Positions 1 through 12,877 of a DNA stretch of 64,000 nucleotides are shown in pieces. This DNA is from Phoronis australis. Taxonomy: Eukaryota > Animalia > Phoronida. How positions within the stretch are numbered: the stretch's first letter is position 1; each line of letters starts with the position of its first letter. The stretch lies in NCBI GenBank assembly GCA_002633005.1, contig NMRA01000124.1, positions 186,001 through 250,000 of the forward strand, in the 5' to 3' direction. The position numbers and the translations under genes were made by a program. The notes beneath the pieces were generated by a model. That model was not told where the DNA came from. It ran no database searches and saw nothing but the letters and a program-made list of their open reading frames with translations.

Positions 1-744
1 ATTGGTTTGACTTATTCTGTGCCATCTAGTTACCATTTTTGATACCAATAAAAACCCCTAGAGACAATAAGTATTTGCAATGCAGCCATTGGTGCATTTC
101 AATGCATTGCTCTTGTATTATATGATGTATTTGTCTAGGTTACAGAACGCTCAGGGTTTTTAAGTTGGAGAAATAAAAAATCTGCCATTAGGTCAAGCAT
201 GGAAATTTATAAGCAAAATTTTTGATGAGTCTTTGTCATAATGCTGCTTTTGGTTTACCAACGGGAGATGTATAAAAAGCCATTCATGTACAAATTAGAG
301 ATGAATACTTAAAACCAATAGAATGCAGACTGTCACAATATACTGCTTGTGAGACATATACAATACATTCATCTTAGGAACTGAAGTGAGCGATCACAGA
401 GATGTTATGCTCTAATAAAATCAGCGTCCCAATTGTATGAATTGAGGACATCTAACTGAGTGACTACGAGTGTTTAAGAAACAGTAAAAATTTGGTGTTG
501 GGGGCATCAAGGCAAACATAGTCATTAATTCGGACAAGTACAGTTGTTTGTTCTAATTGTAGACATTATTGCTTAGTTTTACTAAATATTCTGAAAGTAT
601 CTTACAAAGCTCCACATTAAATTAAATAATCAAATTTTATGATATTAAAGATTTTTTATTGTAATCATTGAAGTGTTGATCAATAACATGTAACGTAAAA
701 CAATCTTGTTATTGCCAGCAATTAATTTTTTGTGTCTTCAGCAG

Positions 745-781
745 GTCTAAAAATGATGAAAGCCTTCCTGCTGAGAATTGA
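745..781 (+). CDS. Possible alternative terminal coding exon (..SKNDESLPAEN*) of the upstream unidentified gene
   Basis: Pyrimidine tract plus tandem CAGCAG acceptor at 739-744. Read in the same entry phase as exon 2093, it ends at TGA 779-781. AATAAA signals follow near 1160 and 1258. No homology support. Confidence 0.3.
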
Positions 782-1532
782 CATACTTTCGTAACACAAA
801 ACTATTGGCTAGTAAATTTCTTTTGATTAATTGCTTGCTATTTTTGGTTTTTGCATTCCTCTGCTCTGTCCACCTAAGCTGATCTCTCTATCTGGAGTTT
901 CTTGACTTGTTTTTGTCGCAAGTCTTCATTAAAGGGATACTTAATGCTATGTTTTAGTTATTAGACGTGCAATGCCAAATTAACACTTATACGTTTGAAT
1001 CAAACTAAGTATTCAGCTTCACAATAGTGTAATTGCTATTTTGATTTAGTCATTGAAATCTCCTAAGTAAAGACGTTATAGAAGCATCGCTGTAAACAGC
1101 TGCTCGCCTACTAAAGTTTTCATCGAGAACATTTCATGTAGGCACAAAACTCTTCACTCAATAAATGTGTTTTCCAGAAAATCAACTCCTTCAACAACTC
1201 CCACTGCACTTAATAAGTCCACATATTTTGTTTCATACGTGCAGAATTTTGCTTTTGAATAAAGTTTTAGTCAATGTAACCCTCCGGTTCACATAAACGT
1301 AGTCACGGGTTTCCTGAACAAAATATTGGAATGGGTCCCTATGGTTGCAAAGCAAGGCCCAGCTGTGTGGAGTGTGGGGGGGTCCCCATGTTGTAACGCT
1401 CTTAACTTAATGGAGGATTTGGCTCTCCTCTAACATAAAACATCTACACACACCTTCCAAGATTGACTGCTGCACCTATCACACAACAAAAGTCGAGTCC
1501 ATCCACTCAGCATTCACGAGAATTTTATTGAT

Positions 1533-1938
1533 ATTCCACCATAGAGATCCTATGGAAACAATCGATTCTTCAACTGCACTTGTGTTATGTTTCATGCGTT
1601 CATTCCACCATAGAGATCCTATGGAAACAATCGATTCTTCAACTGCACTCGTGTTATGTTTCATGCGTTCATTCCACCATAGAGATCCTATGGAAACAAT
1701 CGATTCTTCAACTGCACTCATGTTATGTTTCATGCGTTCATTCCACCATAGAGATCCTATGGAAACAATCGATTCTTCAACTGCACTCGTGCTATGTCTC
1801 ATGCGTTCATTCCACCATAGAGATCCTATGGAAACAATCGATTCTTCAACTGCACTCGTGCTATGTCTCATGCGTTCATTCCACCATCATCCTATGGAAA
1901 CAATAAATTCTTCAACTGCACTCGTGCTATGTCTCATG
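1533..1938. repeat. Minisatellite, 69-bp unit, about 6 copies
   Basis: Unit ATTCCACCATAGAGATCCTATGGAAACAATCGATTCTTCAACTGCACTCGTG... recurs every 69 bp. It explains the repetitive ORFs on both strands. Confidence 0.95.
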
Positions 1939-2092
1939 CTCTCATGCCAACTTTTTGTTCTTCTGGGCTTGCGCATTAAAAATGTGAAAGGACTGTATTG
2001 TAATATGGAAGAAGGGGGTTATCTAATAGATTGGTAGTTTAGAGATCCCTAAAAATGTCTTGACATTTGTTAATTGTGTTTTCAATTTACAG

Positions 2093-2178
2093 TGATATAA
2101 TGTTTGGTGCTACTGTGGTGGACTGCCGTCAGTTGGGAACATCTGACAGATGCCAAGAACAAGACTTCTTTAGACCAG
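2093..2178 (+). CDS. Internal coding exon of unidentified gene (DIMFGATVVDCRQLGTSDRCQEQDFFRP)
   Basis: TTTTCAATTTACAG acceptor and CAG|GTGAAT donor. Open frame splices in phase to the 3423 exon (G+AC = Asp). Confidence 0.6.
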
Positions 2179-3422
2179 GTGAATAACTCAAATTGGTGAC
2201 ATGTTTAATAGGTGACTTGAAGTTATTCTTTGATTTTGTGTACACAAGTATGTTGCCATGGTATCCAAACGATCATGTAAATTTAGTTAGGTTTCAATCT
2301 TTGCATTTATGGCATTGTGTTCAAAATCTTTTTGAAAGTAGCTATGTCATTTTTATTTCCATCTGTTTGTATAAAAGCAGAAAAAATAACCTCTGCCCAT
2401 CTCAGTTATTGACTTGAAGTATTTAATAAGAATTTCATGATTCGCAGATATTTGTTTATAAAGTTGAAAATTTTAAATGATTATTTTGTGGCAAGTTTCA
2501 GTTTTTTTGACATTTGTACACTGCAAAAACCGTAAGAAATGTCCTCCACCACCGTCTTTTATTTATCAAATCCAATCCTCTTGTAACAAAAATTATTATT
2601 TATTTTGTTTGTTAAATTTATGAATACTTTGTTTTAAGTTTTGCTTCTTGAAAGGTAACCAGATTGATTTAACACGTCTTGTGTTCATCGTTCCTTTTAG
2701 AGTAGCTCTTATGTGTACAAAAAATCATGTTTACTGAAAAATGCAAAAAACAAGTGGTTAGGTAAGATCTGTTGATACTTCTGTCCTGTCCTGGATATGC
2801 CATAGTTTAAACAAATATTTTGATTTCATAACCAAGAATTCATACCATTAAATATTATTTAATTTATACGTTAATGGTCCACTTGTTTTGCTCTAAAATA
2901 TTTGCCAAAATTGTCGTGTTTCCAGGCTGATAACATTTAATGCAAGTAGTGGAAGTTTTCTAAAAGTTGTTTTGTGACATCTACACAGTATATGTAACAA
3001 CAGACTACAAATTTCTTAATTTTATTTCTGTAAAGAAATGGGTTATAATAGAATCTCTTTTGTCAGCCATATTGTGTGCTGAGTGAAGAATTACAACTGC
3101 TGAATTGGACCAAAAATTCACTTTGTTACTGACCTTTTGACATTTTAAAGGCTAGGGAAGTCAGTGACTGGTCAGCCTGTCACAGGCATGACCTGTTCTA
3201 GCAAACGACACCTGTCTCTTTAGAACACCATCGAAGTGTGCCTGCTGGGCTCAGTGGGACTGAGGTCATTAATTGTGTGCCTTAGGGACCAAAGTGAGGG
3301 AAGAGAACTACTTTACGAGCAGGTTTTGGTGCCATATATGAGTAAGATTCATGGTAGAGTTAGCTTATGTAGCATTTGCTCTTGAGCGAATTACCAAATT
3401 CTGTTTTTCACATATTCCACAG

Positions 3423-4315
3423 ACAGGTGCGATACATTGAAGGACACCTGTGGGAAGAACGGAAAACAAGCAAACGACCAACACTCCCAGAGTCCTGCTG
3501 CACCAAGCAATTCGGAAAGTGCATTTGATGAGAATTTAAACATTACATCAGAACCAGCTCGCTGTTGTGAACCAAATCAAGTTTCAAGGAGCGGAAAAGA
3601 GTTTCCGTTAACCACAAGGCAGACGAGCCATTTACTGAATGAATTGGAGGCTCCATCTATTGACGAACGTAGTCCTCAAGCACCTGTTGACCTTTCAATG
3701 TCATCAAGTGCACTTGTTGATAATTTAAGCTTAGGGGCTACAGACAAATCTGGACAGTGGACTCGCTCTACTGTGTCGAGTGTGAACGTAACAAAGCCTG
3801 CTCAACATAAACACACTGTGGTTGAAACAGTGGTAGATGATTGTGCTGCCCCTACTACATTAAATTATAGTGTTTCAAATTGTTTGAAGCAGATTTACTC
3901 CAGTCGCGAATCTGTTATACGTACCAATGCTTACGTGTCCCCACAACAGTATTGTGGGCTTGAGGTTAACCTAACGACCCCAACGACTGCAGCTGCAAGT
4001 AGGTCATCGTCAGCCTCTCCTGTTGGACTGTTCTCTGCGTTGAACTCCCTCCCGTTGGCAGAAAAGGCAGTTGACGACAGAACACATTCTTCGTTGGTGT
4101 CTGATCAAGAGCATTTTGTTCCTGTCACCATGAGATCTTATAGGGGGCTCACAAGACCGGCTCTGTATCCCCCACCAGCTCACAGAAATACATTGCAGTT
4201 TCTGTCTTCTGACACATGTCAGAGGGTACAGCATTACATGGCGCCCTCTGTCAGCATTACTGCTAAGCAGTACACAGACCCCCGTCGGAATGAAAGTTCA
4301 TGGTATCACCATTAG
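3423..4315 (+). CDS. Terminal coding exon of an unidentified Ser/Thr/Pro-rich protein, possibly a transcriptional regulator (PVDLS CtBP-type motif)
   Basis: About 890-nt open frame in AT-rich DNA. Acceptor TTCCACAG ends at 3422, stop TAG at 4313-4315, PVDLS at 3683-3697. The ORF-track TTG start is not a real start. Confidence 0.7.
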
Positions 4316-7149
4316 CTTGCTCAATTTTTTAAGATTGTTAAAGAATATTCATTATAGTTATTGTTACATTTTGCAAACATATGTCATATATGCTACATGT
4401 GTCTGTCAGTGTGCGAGTGTGTGCATACTTATACCCTTGTGACTGTGTGATTCAACAGTGCTCATTGATATTCATTACATTTCCTTATTTGCTGTTTGTG
4501 CTCAGTTGGTTTCCCAAAGATGGAGCTCTAGTCAATGTATAAACAGAATCCTATCTTAATGATCCTACTTGGTTTGTATCTATCAAAGTTATGTGTTTAA
4601 ATATAATGAAGATTTGTTTATCCATAATGTTATTCATGCCTACAAATAATATAAATATGAGTGCCTGAAGCATTAGGCTTAATGTAATTTTTGAATATAA
4701 TTCTACTTCCATATTTGAATATATATCAGGCTTATAAACCTCAACCAGTCAAAAACATCTGATTTATTTTTAAGTGCTTTTTGTTTCTGTACAGACTGGG
4801 AGTCATTTTTCTAAGCTTAGAAATGTGTTCTCTGTGTTCCTTCTTGTAATCTGTCACAGAATCACATGTTGCCATTGTGTTCCCACATAGTATGCTTTAA
4901 TTGTAAGTATGTTAAGTTGTTAAATGACCAAGCAATTACTTTGAATTGTGTATTTTGCACTGTTATTCTAAAAATCCTATTTGTTGTTATGAAACATCTT
5001 GCAGCTGTAAACTTAGGTGCCTTTGGTCAGAAACATCACTTTTGATTTCAACCACTTACCATCATAACATTGGTTTCAAATTATTCCTTAGCCAAATTAC
5101 AGGTGATTCACAACCTTGGAATGTTGTTACTGCTGGAGGCTAGGCTCTACAGTACAAGTTGGCTTGTCATTGGATGTCATTTTATGTGCTGGTCTCAAGG
5201 ATTGGTCAGTTCTTTGGAAGGTCAGAGGTTGCTTTGTCATGGCGGTCACATAATAACTCCAGCAATAACAAATTGTCAGTTCATTCCAAGCTCATACACT
5301 GTTTCTCATCTGAGTTAAGAACAAGTTTAGTGTTTTCATGATAGTGGTAAGGGGTCTAAATCAAAAGCAAATAGTTTCTCTGACGAAATTCAGGTTTACG
5401 GCCATCAGTGTTCCCATGACTTGAAACAGTGCTGCCCACGCTCAGCTTCAGTTCACCACCAAAGTGTTCACCTTGACCTTACTACTCAGTTCTCAGTCTA
5501 ACAATGCCGCCCTCATTTGTTTCCAACTCTACAAATGGAATTTGTTGTGTGCTATGCTTGTTACAATTTCGCATTTTATCAACAATTCATGGGAATTGAT
5601 ATTTTCTCCAGAGTTGGCATGATTGCTTCAATTCAAGACCACTTGGATTTAATGCTCCTTTAAGAGGGAATGTTACATTACCATTTTTGATAAAATTGGC
5701 ATATTATTTTTACTGTGAAAGCTATTTTTAATTTTTGTAAATTTGGAATCGACAAAAACAAAATTCTTGAAACCTGAAATGTGAGGCTGTGAGATAAAGT
5801 CGGAGACTACAAACACTGGGTTGGGGACTGACTGAATGCTATTGAAGTAATGTTATTACTGCCTCAGCTTCAGGTACCATTGGTCAAGAAATGACAAAAT
5901 TGTTATGTAACAGGGTTTAATTGGAATGAAAGTTAGTAAGTATTTTATGGCTATTAAGCGCAGGTGTTAGAATGGAAAGTTAGGAAACGGCTTGCAAAGA
6001 TCAGTTGATGCGTTCGGAATTTGCTTATATGTTACACGTCTAGGTTGGAGGAATGTTTAACAAATTTCATTTTTAAAGGGATCCAATGAACAGGTTAAAT
6101 ATCTTACAGTATTAAATAAAATATGCGAGATCGACTCTGCCTTCAAATACCCAACATTCTTTCATAGTGTCCTATAGAGTCAATTCTAAATTGCAGTCAG
6201 TGCGTCCTAATTTTCCAGTTGCCATATTCCTGTACAAAAAAATAGTGAAGTTCATGAATTAGTGGCACTGCTATTCTTGGTTGGAATTCAGTATTGTCCA
6301 AGAGGCAATAGTTACTGATTGGACTCGGGGAAAGTACAAAGTCAAATATTATTAATTCTTCGGACACATGTAGTCAATCAATCCTACCATAAAGGTGAAG
6401 CTCTACTGTCGCATTGCGGCCCTGCCAGAGCTCTGCTACTTATAAGTATCATGACTCACCGTGCGGTCTGTTGGTCTTAGAGAGGGGCTCAGTTGGAGGA
6501 GCAGTCACCAGAAACTTGGGTCTTGTTTCAGCAAGGGGATTTGAAAAAACTTCAAGAGTGTGTGCCAGGACTCCTCGCAAACCCTTTCAAAGTGTTTTCC
6601 ATCAAAACCCCTAATAATTAGTCACACTGGCAGTCATAACGTGACGCAAATAATTAGGGCAGTATAACTAACCCCATTTTGGTCAAAATCATACCCTAAT
6701 CGCGTAACGTATCTAGGCCCTGAAAAGTGACCCTCTCAGGTGATTTTTGTTGAAACATAAGTTCCTAGTGGTGGCCCTCCTCGTATTGCCTCGGATTACT
6801 GACAGGCTTCACTGTCGATATTCCGAAAACTGTCATGGTCGTGCCTTAAATTGTTATCACAGTCCATAATGTAGAAGTTCAATCTTGTCAGCGGTATCTT
6901 GTTCGAGTTCGTCTCGTTTACGCGCCACTCCTCCCCATGCGTTTACCGGTTTTGGGGAGCGTTCATATATTATTCCCTCTGTTTACTCCCCCCCCCCCTC
7001 TATCATCACCCGTCGTGGTCATGATTCAACTCCCCTCCCCATTCGGCCTCTCACAGCCAACCACCCGGTTTTGGAATAAATGGTCTGTTCCGCTAGAAGG
7101 CGAACCAGTTTCCCAACGATATGTACTGTAATGAAGAGAAGCTAATAAA

Positions 7150-7385
7150 CCACACGATGACGTCACCATTGGTCGAAACATAGTATGTGGACGCTTTCTT
7201 TCGCGTTAATTCCGTGTTCTTTCTCCTTGCCAACCATAATATTTCCGAGGTCAATTCTTCGGTCATTCGTGCGACTTTGTCGCCGACTCGAAACTTTGGC
7301 TGACGCTTGTAGGCTGATAACTTAAATTGAACAAGTCTTGGTTATTTTTTGTTAGTCTAATTTATTGGCTACCTTTGTGGTAAGT
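7150..7385 (+). promoter_or_regulatory. Putative promoter and non-coding first exon
   Basis: Perfect CRE TGACGTCA (7158-7165) next to ATTGG (reverse CCAAT), an Inr-like TCATTC near 7263, and a consensus donor G|GTAAGT at 7380. The context is CpG-rich. Confidence 0.4.
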
Positions 7386-7999
7386 GCAGTTTTTTTGTTG
7401 CTTGTTGTTTTTATTGGAAGTTTCATTGTGTTGTTAATCCGCCCTGTTTACAGAGTTGTTGAGCTTAGCAACACTTTAACCGCGTAAATTGTCCATAAAC
7501 AATTAATATTATAAAAATAAATTCTAAAAACACTACGTCTGTTTTACTTTGATTGCTGAAAGTTTTAGTTGAGTGTCCTCCTGAGATGAATTCCGGAATC
7601 CGATTTGGTAAACGTCAGCTACTAGCTTGAAATATTCGAGTGGTCGTTGCAACAGACTCGTCGCGGAAACCAGAGTCCCGACCAGAATGCTTCGAGTAGT
7701 CGTCGAGGTTCCGACTTTTGCTTTCCTTTTGATGTCACTTTCCATAAATGCGTTTCATTTGGCTGTTGATTGTTTCACTGAAAAACGACGTACTGGCAAA
7801 TTTTTAGAGGTGGTTTATTCATTGTATAGCGAACATGACTGTCTTTTTTAATTCGGCAAAACGGGTCAAAGGGTTTACCAATAAACTGTTTACACTCTTG
7901 CAATAACTGGTGGATATTTGATACGTCGTTCGTCTGTACACTTGGCCCAGTGTTAGCGTGGTCACTCGGGAGCTGGAAGTAACCGTATGTCAATCAGAG

Positions 8000-10340
8000 A
8001 CGTGTGTGACAAATATATGCGTACGTGACCGATTGCGCACTATGTTATTAAATAAAAATTTTACAGATTGCCTACGTGATTTTTTACATTTGTCAGTTTT
8101 CGTTTTGCACCGCAAAATCCAAGAGGTATGTTGTTGATTACATGTTTTTCTTCATGCTAAAAATTTTTGGTGGTGACGAATTAGGCGACAGGTTTTGGCA
8201 CTGCAGAATGCAAATACGAACTCTAATGACGATAACGAACGTACATAATCGAAGAGTAAACACATCTATAATTATTCGATTAAAGCATTTTTATTAAAAG
8301 TTTTTGAATTCCATATTAGCCTATTAATGCATTTTAGGAGGTAACCATTTACGTTCTGTTGTTACCACATGCTAATTCCTGCTGTCAAGAATCAAATATT
8401 GTTGACCACGTACATGATTCCAGACTTTTGTAGTGATAAACAGATTTGTGTTCGAGAGTTTAAAGGGAAATTGTCAGTGATAAATTTTCTGAGATCAGCC
8501 TCGGCGCTGACGACCTGGTATCTTCATAGTCGAAGCCAAACGCTTTTCTGGAGAAGCAAAACCCCGCCCGATAAGTGATAAAGTTATCGGCCTTGATTTT
8601 AACCAGTGTTTGACAGGCAACGTGGATGAATGTCGACTTGTAATAAAACCACAACGACAACTGATTTTGTTGCTTTATAGTTCGTGTCAAAGCTGATGAC
8701 TTCAAGAAGTGACCATTCTATCCAACAATAACCCCGAAATGTGTTTTTCGACCGTAAAACCGTTAATGTTAAGTAGTTTGTAGAATAGAATAAAGTTGAC
8801 AGTCTCCTTTTATGATTGAGTTTAATCATAACAGAGGTTATTGCGAGTAAACTGTGTTGTATTCTTAGATATTTAAACAAGAAAAGATATAAGTGATAAA
8901 CGATACGTTATACAGTAGCCTAGTTTCAAAACAGAATTAATTTTTAACGACTGACAAAGCTGGAAACTTGTGCATGATCTGAGAACATCGACAACTGACA
9001 GACTTCGGGTTAGGTAATTCGTTTTTTAAACGAAGCAGCATGTTCTTCTTGCCCTCGTTTCCGGGTCAACGACCTTAATTAACTGAAGTTTGATCGAATG
9101 TGTTTCAGCCGCATCATCGGAGATCGCGCGAACGTGATTCTTAGCATTTCGAGCTGTTTACAAATATTCGTGGTGCACGTGCTTGGCGTCAGACCTTCGC
9201 CACGGTTTTTACACGTGAAACTTTAAGAGTTGGTGAGGCAAATTTGGTTCTGATCGTCTGCGCCCGACTCGGTGTTTAAACAAAAAATAATAAGAAACGC
9301 CTGCGCGCATCGTTTTGGCAAAATCTCTCTTGTTTCAAAAGCTATCCAAACGTATCCAAGCTAGCGTTTAACGAATAACCTTGGCAGGTTAGCGACAGTC
9401 TCCTCTTTTACGACTTTGAGTTGACTTAGTTTCGACTCATCATTTATGATATCACAGGAGCAATTTGCTTCTATTTACGCCAGATTATTTTTATGTTGTT
9501 CTGTATCTGGAATCGTATTCAGGATGCTCAAGACAGGATGTTCGAGCAGGATAGCCCATGGCAGACGGAAAAAGGGAGTAGCTATTATTATGAATCTGCA
9601 ATTTTTGGTTGCAGTGTGGTTCGGGGTTCACTCGAATCGCCCGTTTAATAAACAAGAATGAATTTGTCATGCAATCAATGAACTCCCCAATCAAAAGCGG
9701 TCCCCACGTCGTCTCTGCAGACTGTTTTCCCACGACCCTTTAATTATGACCAATCACCGTGAAAAAATTTTACACTGCAAACCGCCTAGTACACCCTGAT
9801 CACTTTTATTCACCTCTCCGCCACGGTGGCCGCCATCGTAGTATTTAGCCCCGGAGTTGTTATTATGTAGTTCAAGAGGTGCAAAAGGAAAACCAGATAA
9901 ATGAAAAAACACAGCAGATCTTTTTGTGACGGCAGAAAAGCTACATTTCTGAGTCATGACGCAAACTGAAACGCGAACTGTTTTTACAGAGTATTTGTCT
10001 TATTTACGCTTGTTATTTGCGTGTGACATCATCAATGCGGTTTTCATTGAGTTACGTGGGAGTACGGTTCCGATAAGTTGCGCTATCAAGCCGCTGAAAG
10101 GGGACAGGGTTGTTTACATGAACTCTTTCACAGTGCCTGACCAACTGTACTCTAGAGAGTTGCGGTGTTTTTTCACGGTCACCGTAAAGGGCAGGTCTTC
10201 CAGCCAAGCCTTCGTAGTCATTGTCTTAGATATCACGATCATACGTGTCATTTTACGTGTAGGGCCTATTCTGGGAACGTGATCATTACCGTCTAGTTTT
10301 GATATCCGTGCAATTACGTCTTTAGCACAGTTATCACGTC
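8000..10340. promoter_or_regulatory. Cluster of HIF-type RCGTG elements (candidate hypoxia enhancer)
   Basis: TACGTG at 8022, 8073, 8407(rc), 10053, 10242 and 10254. CACGTG at 9176 and 9212. Further ACGTG cores at 8000, 8620, 9132, 9705(rc), 10277 and 10335(rc). Confidence 0.4.
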
Positions 10341-10356
10341 CTTGGAAACTTATTGT

Positions 10357-10519
10357 AAGGGCCGGGGAGAATCAACAATTGGTCGGACTTCAAAACCACT
10401 TGCCCAGACTTCAAGCCAGCTGCCTGGACTGCAAAACCCAATGGTAGTACAGCCGGCTGGTTTTGAAGTCCGTGCAAGTGATTTTGAAGTCCGACCCATT
10501 GTAGTTGGATTCGCCCTTG
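10357..10519. mobile_element. Palindromic MITE-like element
   Basis: Arm TCGGACTTCAAAACCACTTGCCCAGACTTCAAGCCAGC is mirrored by GCTGGTTTTGAAGTCCGTGCAAGTGATTTTGAAGTCCGA. Confidence 0.65.
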
Positions 10520-10835
10520 ACGTATTAACAGTTCAAGTTACTTAATTGACAATCGGGCATACGAGCTGGGTCTCCTTCTTATTGTGTACAATCATTCAAC
10601 TGTCCTTGACTTTTTACAGCGTTAGTGAAATCAGCCTTGACCTAGTAAATGCAAATGCGTTACTGAGGCCTACTTCTCTGTTAGGTACATTAGCAAAAAA
10701 AGTTATGCTGTAGGCCTGCAAGAAAAGAATAAGTAAGCAAAATAACCGAGGAAATGCTACGACTACTTCATCGTAACCAGGTAATTTATGAAGTTGCCGA
10801 ACAAGGGTAACTAACCTATGTGTTCTCAGGAGCAG

Positions 10836-11066
10836 GGGCCCGTTCCAACAAAACTGACTTAGCTAAGACAAATGTTAGATTTTAGTAAAATTTAAAATTA
10901 AAGTTAAATTTGTCTCAAAACAAATTGAAGAAAGAGATCTTAAGTTTGACTTAAGTGTTTGAGATAAATTTTGTCTTAATTTTGACTAACTTACCGAATG
11001 TGGAAGTTTCAAAATTTGGAAGTTAAGACAAATCTTAAACTTAAGTCAGTTTCTTGGAACAGGCCC
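10836..11066. mobile_element. MITE with GGGCC termini and CAG target-site duplication (PIF/Harbinger-related, CWG-TSD type)
   Basis: Left end CAG|GGGCCCGTTCCAACAAAACTGACTTA; right end TAAGTCAGTTTCTTGGAACAGGCCC|CAG. Related terminus fragments occur near 12041, 14340 and 15120. Confidence 0.75.
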
Positions 11067-11076
11067 CAGGTCAATA

Positions 11077-11242
11077 CAGTCGCCATTTTAAAAGTGAGCC
11101 TCTTTTTAGGTTTTAAAAACAATGCATTCTGCGTTTAACGACAGCGCAAAGCGCGATTTTTTCGCGCGACTCGTTATATTTATGTCTAAAATGCTTCGTT
11201 TTTTAAACCTAAAAAGAGACTCGTTACTAAAATGGCGACTGC
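11077..11242. mobile_element. Palindromic MITE-like element
   Basis: CAGTCGCCATTTTA...CTCTTTTTAGGTTTTAAAAAC is mirrored by GTTTTTTAAACCTAAAAAGAG...TAAAATGGCGACTG. Confidence 0.65.
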
Positions 11243-12877
11243 GTGAATAAGGTTTATAGGTCCATGCACCTACATCCAAAATAACGCGCATATAGGCGCA
11301 TGCGCCTAAGTTTCACTTCGGGTGCAGACGGCTATCCTTGCAAATGCTCAAGTCAGTTGAGTTTCATTTGTGACTTTATCGATTATAAATATCTTTCATC
11401 TCTTGGTTACATGAAAACGCCTACCATTCCCTGACCGATAAGTCAAGCTTCACACAATTTAAAAATCCATGCTCGTCGATTTTATTCAGGCGTTTTACAC
11501 GTAGCTGGCACATGCGCCTAATTTCAGATATACAGTAAGAGCAGCAACACACGCGCCTAAGCAACCACATACACGGTAGAGTTCGTATTCATGAATTAAA
11601 ATGGAATGAGACATTTATCTAGTTTCAACAGCGAAACTGTACTCTGAAGAAGAAATAAAAACCAACCTGGCCCCGTTTCTATGGCAACAACCTCTCCAAG
11701 GGAACAATTTTAAAATAAATAGTTTTGTCAGTCAGCCACTTTATTTGTCAGTTTGAAAATCTATTCCCTGGAGCAGTTTCTACATCCACTTAAAAGTGAC
11801 ATGCACAGTAAAACATTAAAAAATAACAACTCACAACTGGTAGATTTATTTAACATACAAAATGGATAACATTAAGTGTCATAACCAGGTTTAAAATGAC
11901 ACCAGATTAACTGAGACTTTCACTTGCACTGCTAATACCTTATAGAGCATTCAACTGAGTTTTTGACTCTCCATTACAACCCGAGATTACAGCCATACAG
12001 TGCTAGGCAAGATAAGACATCATTGGAGACAAAAGATTTCTGGGCCCTGTTTCATCAAAGATCATTTGCCTAGTTGCAGCTAAATCATCATTTTTAATGA
12101 CACACATATCAGGTGACTCATGAAGTTGGCTGTTGAGAACATGCTCTATGGTCAAATTTTTGTCAGTTGTAAAGTAAGAAATTCTTATGTCCACAGTCGT
12201 GTGCCTGCATGTGGCCACTGGTGCGGACAATGCTAGGCCCAAAATCAATACAGATGAGAAAGATCTATTTTTTAACATCTTTATGCAATTCAAGTTGTTA
12301 CTTCTACACAAAATTATTTCAAAACATAATCCACCTCAGTGTGTATCAAACATACTGTTTATGTTGAGATTATTAAGTACATAAAGTACATTCTAGAATG
12401 GTTGGGATGACCAACAGAGCCTGAAAATGCCACAAGCTTTATTTCAAAATCAAACATTAATGTTGTTTTAACCACTGGTGTGCACTTAGAAATATTTTGA
12501 AATCCTTGGTAGAATCTAGACTTAAAATACAATTTTGACTTCAAATGTATACAGTGCTATCAAAATCTAAAACTGAATTTTAAATAAAACTTTTGATGAC
12601 AAAAACAACACGTCTCACACAGCAATTCAGGGACAAAGTCTTCTCATAAAAGCCAAGAATGCTATCACAAAGTGTAACCCACAAGTGCCACTGAATCAAA
12701 TCAATCTAACCCTTTCATATTGCAAGGGTACCTAGTTAGACAGATTTATACCCGTATTTGGTCGCCCAGTCACGAGCACATTAAATATCCTACTTACATA
12801 CCAACACTAGAACAGTGAGTAACATTTCTTTATAATATTGTCTCTCTTTGACACACAAAAGTTTGAAGTTTTTCCAA

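Noticed and set aside
1479-2037. Repetitive ORFs on both strands; CRISPR-like periodicity
   Set aside because: A 69-bp head-to-tail minisatellite (multiple of 3) with no unique spacers, in a eukaryotic intron.
10015-10035. TTGCGTGTGACA resembling hypoxia miR-210
   Set aside because: Only a partial match; it lacks the GCGGCT end and shows no evident precursor hairpin.
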